Below, in pieces: positions 55,541-64,000 of a stretch of 64,000 nt of DNA. Below the pieces are notes generated by a model. That model saw only the letters and a program-made list of their open reading frames with translations. It was not told the DNA's origin and searched no databases. Within the stretch, counting starts at the first letter, position 1. Each line of letters opens with the position of its first letter. The DNA comes from the human T2T-CHM13v2.0 reference genome, Homo sapiens. The position numbers and the translations under genes are program-made. The stretch lies in assembly GCF_009914755.1 (NCBI RefSeq), contig NC_060932.1. One strand, given 5' to 3'.

Positions 55541-56423
55541 ACTGACAATATGACCTTATTCATCCAATTATAGTTCCTTGAAACTTTTAAGTCCTTCTAG
55601 AATGGCTGATTTTAGCTGAAGGTCTTTGTACCAGAGAGTGGGAAATGTTTAGCAAGATTCACAATCATGTTTGCTTTAATCAGACTTTGTAATTGGCCGT
55701 TAACCTTTCAAAAAGTCACTATCAAAATGATTAATTAAACTTTCTCTAACTAGTATTTTTAATTCTTTTTAATGCCTTCTGTTCATTAATAGAAGTATAG
55801 TTAAGAGCTATTTTCAAATATGGGGTCCTGCATTAGGGGTTTCACAAGTCCTCATGAGAATGGTTCTTTGATTTTTCATGTAATAGAAACTAGGTATATA
55901 AATACTTTTATGAAACTTATTCCTAACCAACTTGATTTTGATAAATTACTTTTGCAAAGTCTGGGAATCATTATTTAATGGGCTGGAAATCAGTATTGTT
56001 TCCTTATTGTCTGATTTTTCTTTTTTTTTTTTTCAACAAACCACTTTTATTATAAAAATTTCCAGACTTACATAAAACCCCCTGTGACCCCATCAACCAG
56101 TTTCAATAGCCATCAAGTTTGCCATACGTATTTAATCTATCCTCCCTTTACCTCCCCACCTTTTTGCTTTTTGGCTGAAGTTTTTTTTTTTAATTTTTAT
56201 TTATTTATTTATTTATTTTTTATTATTTAAGTTTTAGGGTACATGTGCACATTGTGCAGGTTAGTTACATACGTATACATGTGCCATGCTGGTGTGCTGC
56301 ACCCACTAACTCATCATCTAGCATTAGGTATATCTCCCAATGCTATCCCTCGCCCCTCCCCCGACCCCACAACAGTTCCCAGAGTGTGGTGTTCCCCTTC
56401 CTGTGTCCATGTGATCTCATTGT

Positions 56424-60246
<3,823 letters not shown>

Positions 60247-60309
60247 GATGATGTTAGCTGGTGATTTTGCTCGTTAGTTGATGCAGTTTCTTCCTAGTCT
60301 CGATGGTCT

Positions 60310-61326
60310 TTACATTTTGGCATGATTTTGCAGTGGCTGGTACCGGTTGTTCCTTTCCATGTTTAGCGCTTCCTTCAGGAGCTCTTTTAGGGCAGGCCTG
60401 GTGGTGACAAAATCTTTCAGCATTTGCTTGTCTGTAAAGTATTTTATTTCTCCTTCACTTATGAAGCTTAGTTTGGCTGGATATGAAATTCTGGGTTGAA
60501 AATTCTTTTCTTTAAGAATGTTGAATATTGGCCCCCACTCTCTTCTGGCTTGTAGGGTTTCTGCCGAGAGATCCGCTGTTAGTCTGATGGGCTTCCCTTT
60601 GAGGGTAACCCGACCTTTCTCTCTGGCTGCCCTTAACATTTTTTCCTTCATTTCAACTTTGGTGAATCTGACAATGATGTGTCTTGGAGTTGCTCTTCTC
60701 GAGGAGTATCTTTGTGGCGTTCTCTGTATTTCCTGAATCTGAACATTGGCCTGCCTTGCTAGATTGGGGAAATTCTCCTGGATAATATCCTGCAGAGTGT
60801 TTTCCAACTTGGTTCCATTCTCCCCATCACTTTCAGGTACACCAGTCAGACGTAGATTTGGTCTTTTCACATAGTCCCATATTTCTTGGAGGCTTTGCTC
60901 ATTTCTTTTTATTCTTTTTTCTCTAAACTTCCCTTCTCGCTTCATTTCATTCATTTCATTTTCCATCACTGATACCCTTTCTTCCAGTTGATCGCATCGG
61001 CTCCTGAGGCTTCTGCATTCTTCCCGTAGTTCTCGAGCCTTGGTTTTCAGCTCCATCAGCTCCTTTAAGCACTTCTCTGTATTGGTTATTCTAGTTATAC
61101 ATTCTTCTAAATTTTTTTCAAAGTTTTCTACTTCTTTGCCTTTGGTTTGAATGTCCTCCCGTAGCTCAGAGTAATTTGATCGTCTGAAGCCTTCTTCTCT
61201 CAGCTCGTCAAAGTCATTCTCCGTCCAGCTTTGTTCCGTTGCTGGTGATGAGCTGCATTCCTTTGGAGGAGGAGAGGCGCTCTGATTTTTAGAGTTTCCA
61301 GTTTTTCTGTTCTGTTTTTTCCCCAT
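60310..61326 (-). CDS. L1 ORF1p RNA-binding chaperone, intact 338 aa
   Basis: MGKKQNRK...QNHAKM uninterrupted; REKG, ARR and YPAKLS motifs preserved. Confidence 0.93.
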   Translation of the reverse strand: MGKKQNRKTGNSKNQSASPPPKECSSSPATEQSWTENDFDELREEGFRRSNYSELREDIQTKGKEVENFEKNLEECITRITNTEKCLKELMELKTKARELREECRSLRSRCDQLEERVSVMENEMNEMKREGKFREKRIKRNEQSLQEIWDYVKRPNLRLTGVPESDGENGTKLENTLQDIIQENFPNLARQANVQIQEIQRTPQRYSSRRATPRHIIVRFTKVEMKEKMLRAAREKGRVTLKGKPIRLTADLSAETLQARREWGPIFNILKEKNFQPRISYPAKLSFISEGEIKYFTDKQMLKDFVTTRPALKELLKEALNMERNNRYQPLQNHAKM

Positions 61327-62242
61327 CTTTGTGGTTTTATCTACTTTTGGTCTTTGATGATGGTGATGTACAGATGGGTTTTTGGTGTGGATGTCCTTTC
61401 TGTTTGTTAGTTTTCCTTCTAACACACAGGACCCTCAGCTGCAGGTCTGTTGGAGTACCCTGCGGTGTGAGGTGTCAGTGTGCCCCTGCTGGGGGGTGCC
61501 TCCCAGTTAGGCTGCTCGGGGGTCAGGGGTCAGGGACCCACTTGAGGAGGCAGTCCGCCCGTTCTCAGATCTCCAGCTGCGTGCTGGGAGAACCACTGCT
61601 CTCTTCAAAGCTGTCAGACAGGGACATTTAAGTCTGCAGAAGTTACTGCTGTCTTTTTGTTTGTCTGTGCCCTGCCCCCAGAGGTGGAGCCTACAGAGGC
61701 AGGCAGGCCTCCTTGAGCTGTGGTGGGCTCCACCCAGTTCGAGCTTCCAGGCTGTGTTGTTTACCTAATCAAGCCTGGGCAATGGCGGGCGCCCCTCCTC
61801 CAGCCTCGCTGCTGCCTTGCAGTTTGATCTCAGACTGCTATGCTAGCAATCAGCGAGACTCTGTGGGGTAGGACCCTCCGAGCCAGGTGGGGGATATAAT
61901 CTCATGGTGCGCCGTTTTTTAAGCCCGTCGGAAAAGCGCAGTATTCGGGTGGGAGTGACCCGATTTTCCCGATTTTCCAGGTGCGGTCCCTCACCCCTTT
62001 CTTTGATTAGGAAAGGGAACTCCCTGACCCCTTGTGCTTCCTCAGTGAGGCAATGCCTCGCCCTGCTTTGGCTCGCACATGGTGCGCGCACCCACTGACC
62101 TGCGCCCGCTGTCTGGCACTCCCTAGTGAGATGAACCCGGTACCTCAGATGGAAATGCAGAAATCACCCGTCTTCTGCATCGCTCAGGCTGGGAGCTGTA
62201 GACCACAGCTGTTCCTATTCGGCCATCTTGGCTCTTCCCCCC
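61327..62242. promoter_or_regulatory. L1 5' UTR bidirectional promoter (sense promoter on -, antisense promoter on +)
   Basis: CpG-rich L1PA 5' UTR with YY1 motif; promoter activity inferred from the family, not shown by the sequence. Confidence 0.75.
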
Positions 62243-62870
62243 GATTTTTCTTAAATGCTGGTTTTTTTTTTAAATACATGAAATCGTTTTATGTATTTTG
62301 AATATTTGAATGAGGAATCCATGCTATTTGTTTCTTCTCACAGGTTAAAAATTTCAAATGCTTATATTTAGCTTGCATTATTAACAAATGTCTCTTTTCT
62401 CACAATTCATACATTTAACACCACTTTGTGCTCTGTTAGTAATATTTTAATTGTTCTTTGACACCTTAATTAGATAGTAATCTTTTTTAGACAATTTTAT
62501 AGTATTTTAATAATTTGTCTATAAATTTTGGGATTATGTCAAATACTCTTTGAATTCTATTTTGAGAAGCTTTTGTAAATTCAGTTTCAGCCAAATTTTA
62601 TACTTTTTTCTGAACTCTTCATTTTAACTCCATTTACAATGTTAAATTTTTTGTTTGAATAAGGATCATTTTCCTTTTTTATTCTCCCCTAGTACATCTA
62701 TACAGAAGTCAACCAAAATTTCGTCTCACTCTGCATATATGTCTGAAATTAAAAAAAAACTTTTATTTTCAAATTTCTTCTCAAATAATTTTGATAGATT
62801 TATGAATATGCCAACTATGTTAATTTAAGGAAATAATTGAGGGTCAATTTCTGAACTCTCTTACAAATAA

Positions 62871-63292
62871 TGTATTAGTCCGTTTTCACGCTGCTGTAAA
62901 GGAATACCTGAGACTGGGTAATTTATAAAGAAAAGAGTTTTAATTGCCTCATGGTACCACAGTCTGTATAGGAGCCATGATGCTGGCATCTGCTTAACTT
63001 CTGGGGAGGCCTCAGGAAACTAACAATCATGGCAGAAGGCAAAATGGGAGCCAAGACTTTATATAGCTGAGAGCAGGAGGAACAGAGACAAGAGGGAGGT
63101 GCCACATAGTTTTAAACAATGGGATTTCATGAAAAATCTATCACTAGAACAGCATCGAGAGGATGGTGCTAAACCATTCATGAATGATTCACACCCATGA
63201 TCCAATCACCTCCCACGGAGGCCACATCTCCAACACTGGGGATTACAATTCGACAGGAGATTTGGGCAGCGACACAGATCCAAACCATATCG
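62871..63292 (-). mobile_element. MSTA-like MaLR solo LTR
   Basis: tgtattagtccgttttcacgctgctgtaaaggaatacctgagactggg...gatccaaaccatatcg. Confidence 0.9.
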
Positions 63293-63524
63293 AATGGTAA
63301 GAATTATTTTAATTCCCATTGAGGTTGTTTATAAAATCTATAAAACTAACATACATTTGTAGGTATATATTTATCTATATATACATTTTATACATACACA
63401 TCACTACTTAAATATGCACGTACAGCACACACACAGAGCACTCATATGTATGTATGTTTGTATGTGTGTGTGTGTCCTTCAGATGTTAGAACACATTTGA
63501 AAACTTCCAGAAATTAATGTACTT

Positions 63525-63685
63525 TGTAACTTTTGACAAGTTATTTTATCATTCTGAGCCTTGGTTTCTTCATCTGCAATATGCACTAACAATGTATGGT
63601 TTTCTGGGTTATTGGAATAATTAGTGTTAGAACACCTAGCACAGTGCATGACAAATATTTACTGCTTGGTACATGATATTTACTC
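63525..63685 (+). mobile_element. MIR
   Basis: gacaagttattttatcattctgagccttggtttcttcatctgcaatatg...cacctagcacagtgcatgaca. Confidence 0.75.
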
Positions 63686-63954
63686 TTCATGGCATGTTTG
63701 GTATATATGAATAACAGGAATAGCTGTTTCTAGATTTAAGAAATCTAGATTAAGAGGTTGCTTCTTAAGGAGTCATTTATTTAGGAATAGCCAATCAACC
63801 CACTTGTCATTAAGATCTGAAAACATTAACTTCTATTTTATGGAGAATATCTAGTGAAAGGTATACTTAGAGTTCTAATCAAGAACTATTATTTTGCTCA
63901 ATAATTAACAATGTCTTTCTTTATAAGTATTTAAAAAGAGACTTGTTTTTAAAG

Positions 63955-64000
63955 TCTCAGGAAACTTACATTCATGGCAGACGGCGAAATGGGAGCCAGC
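63955..64000 (-). mobile_element. MST-type LTR fragment running off the window
   Basis: ctcaggaaacttacattcatggcagacggcgaaatgggagccagc, homologous to 63011-63055. Confidence 0.65.

Noticed and set aside
61327-61425. 33-aa N-terminal extension of ORF1 in the ORF track
   Set aside because: Begins at a non-ATG codon in ordinary 5' UTR sequence; the canonical start is the ATG at 61326

Overview
AT-rich, repeat-dense primate genomic DNA, almost certainly human. I found one host coding exon, a 146-bp + strand exon at 38963-39108 (PIHRTPYEHKTVWKFLKTIPDLTFQLNDKHLKTLSKTVFSETWLKGST). I recognise it from memory as an internal exon of CNBD1 (probably exon 5, chr8q21), so the rest of the window would be two large introns. 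Those introns are filled with transposable elements: a full-length L1PA2-like LINE-1 (intact ORF1, ORF2 with two frameshifts) antisense to the gene, a near-full-length L1MA2/3, an internally deleted L1PA15/16, older L1M pieces, 12 Alus, MaLR/ERVL/ERV1 LTR elements, DNA transposons (Tigger3a, Zaphod, MER1B, MER5A), L2 and MIR. Almost all ORF-track entries are repeat-derived artefacts. I do not see convincing evidence for a new multi-gene system. The most notable features are a palindromic 30-bp minisatellite next to a perfect 26-bp hairpin in an MLT2 LTR, a rare GAG splice acceptor competing with an in-frame CAG, an L1 antisense promoter pointing at the downstream CNBD1 exons, and several young templated micro-duplications and inversions. 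Repeat subfamily names come from recalled consensus sequences and need RepeatMasker/Dfam confirmation.
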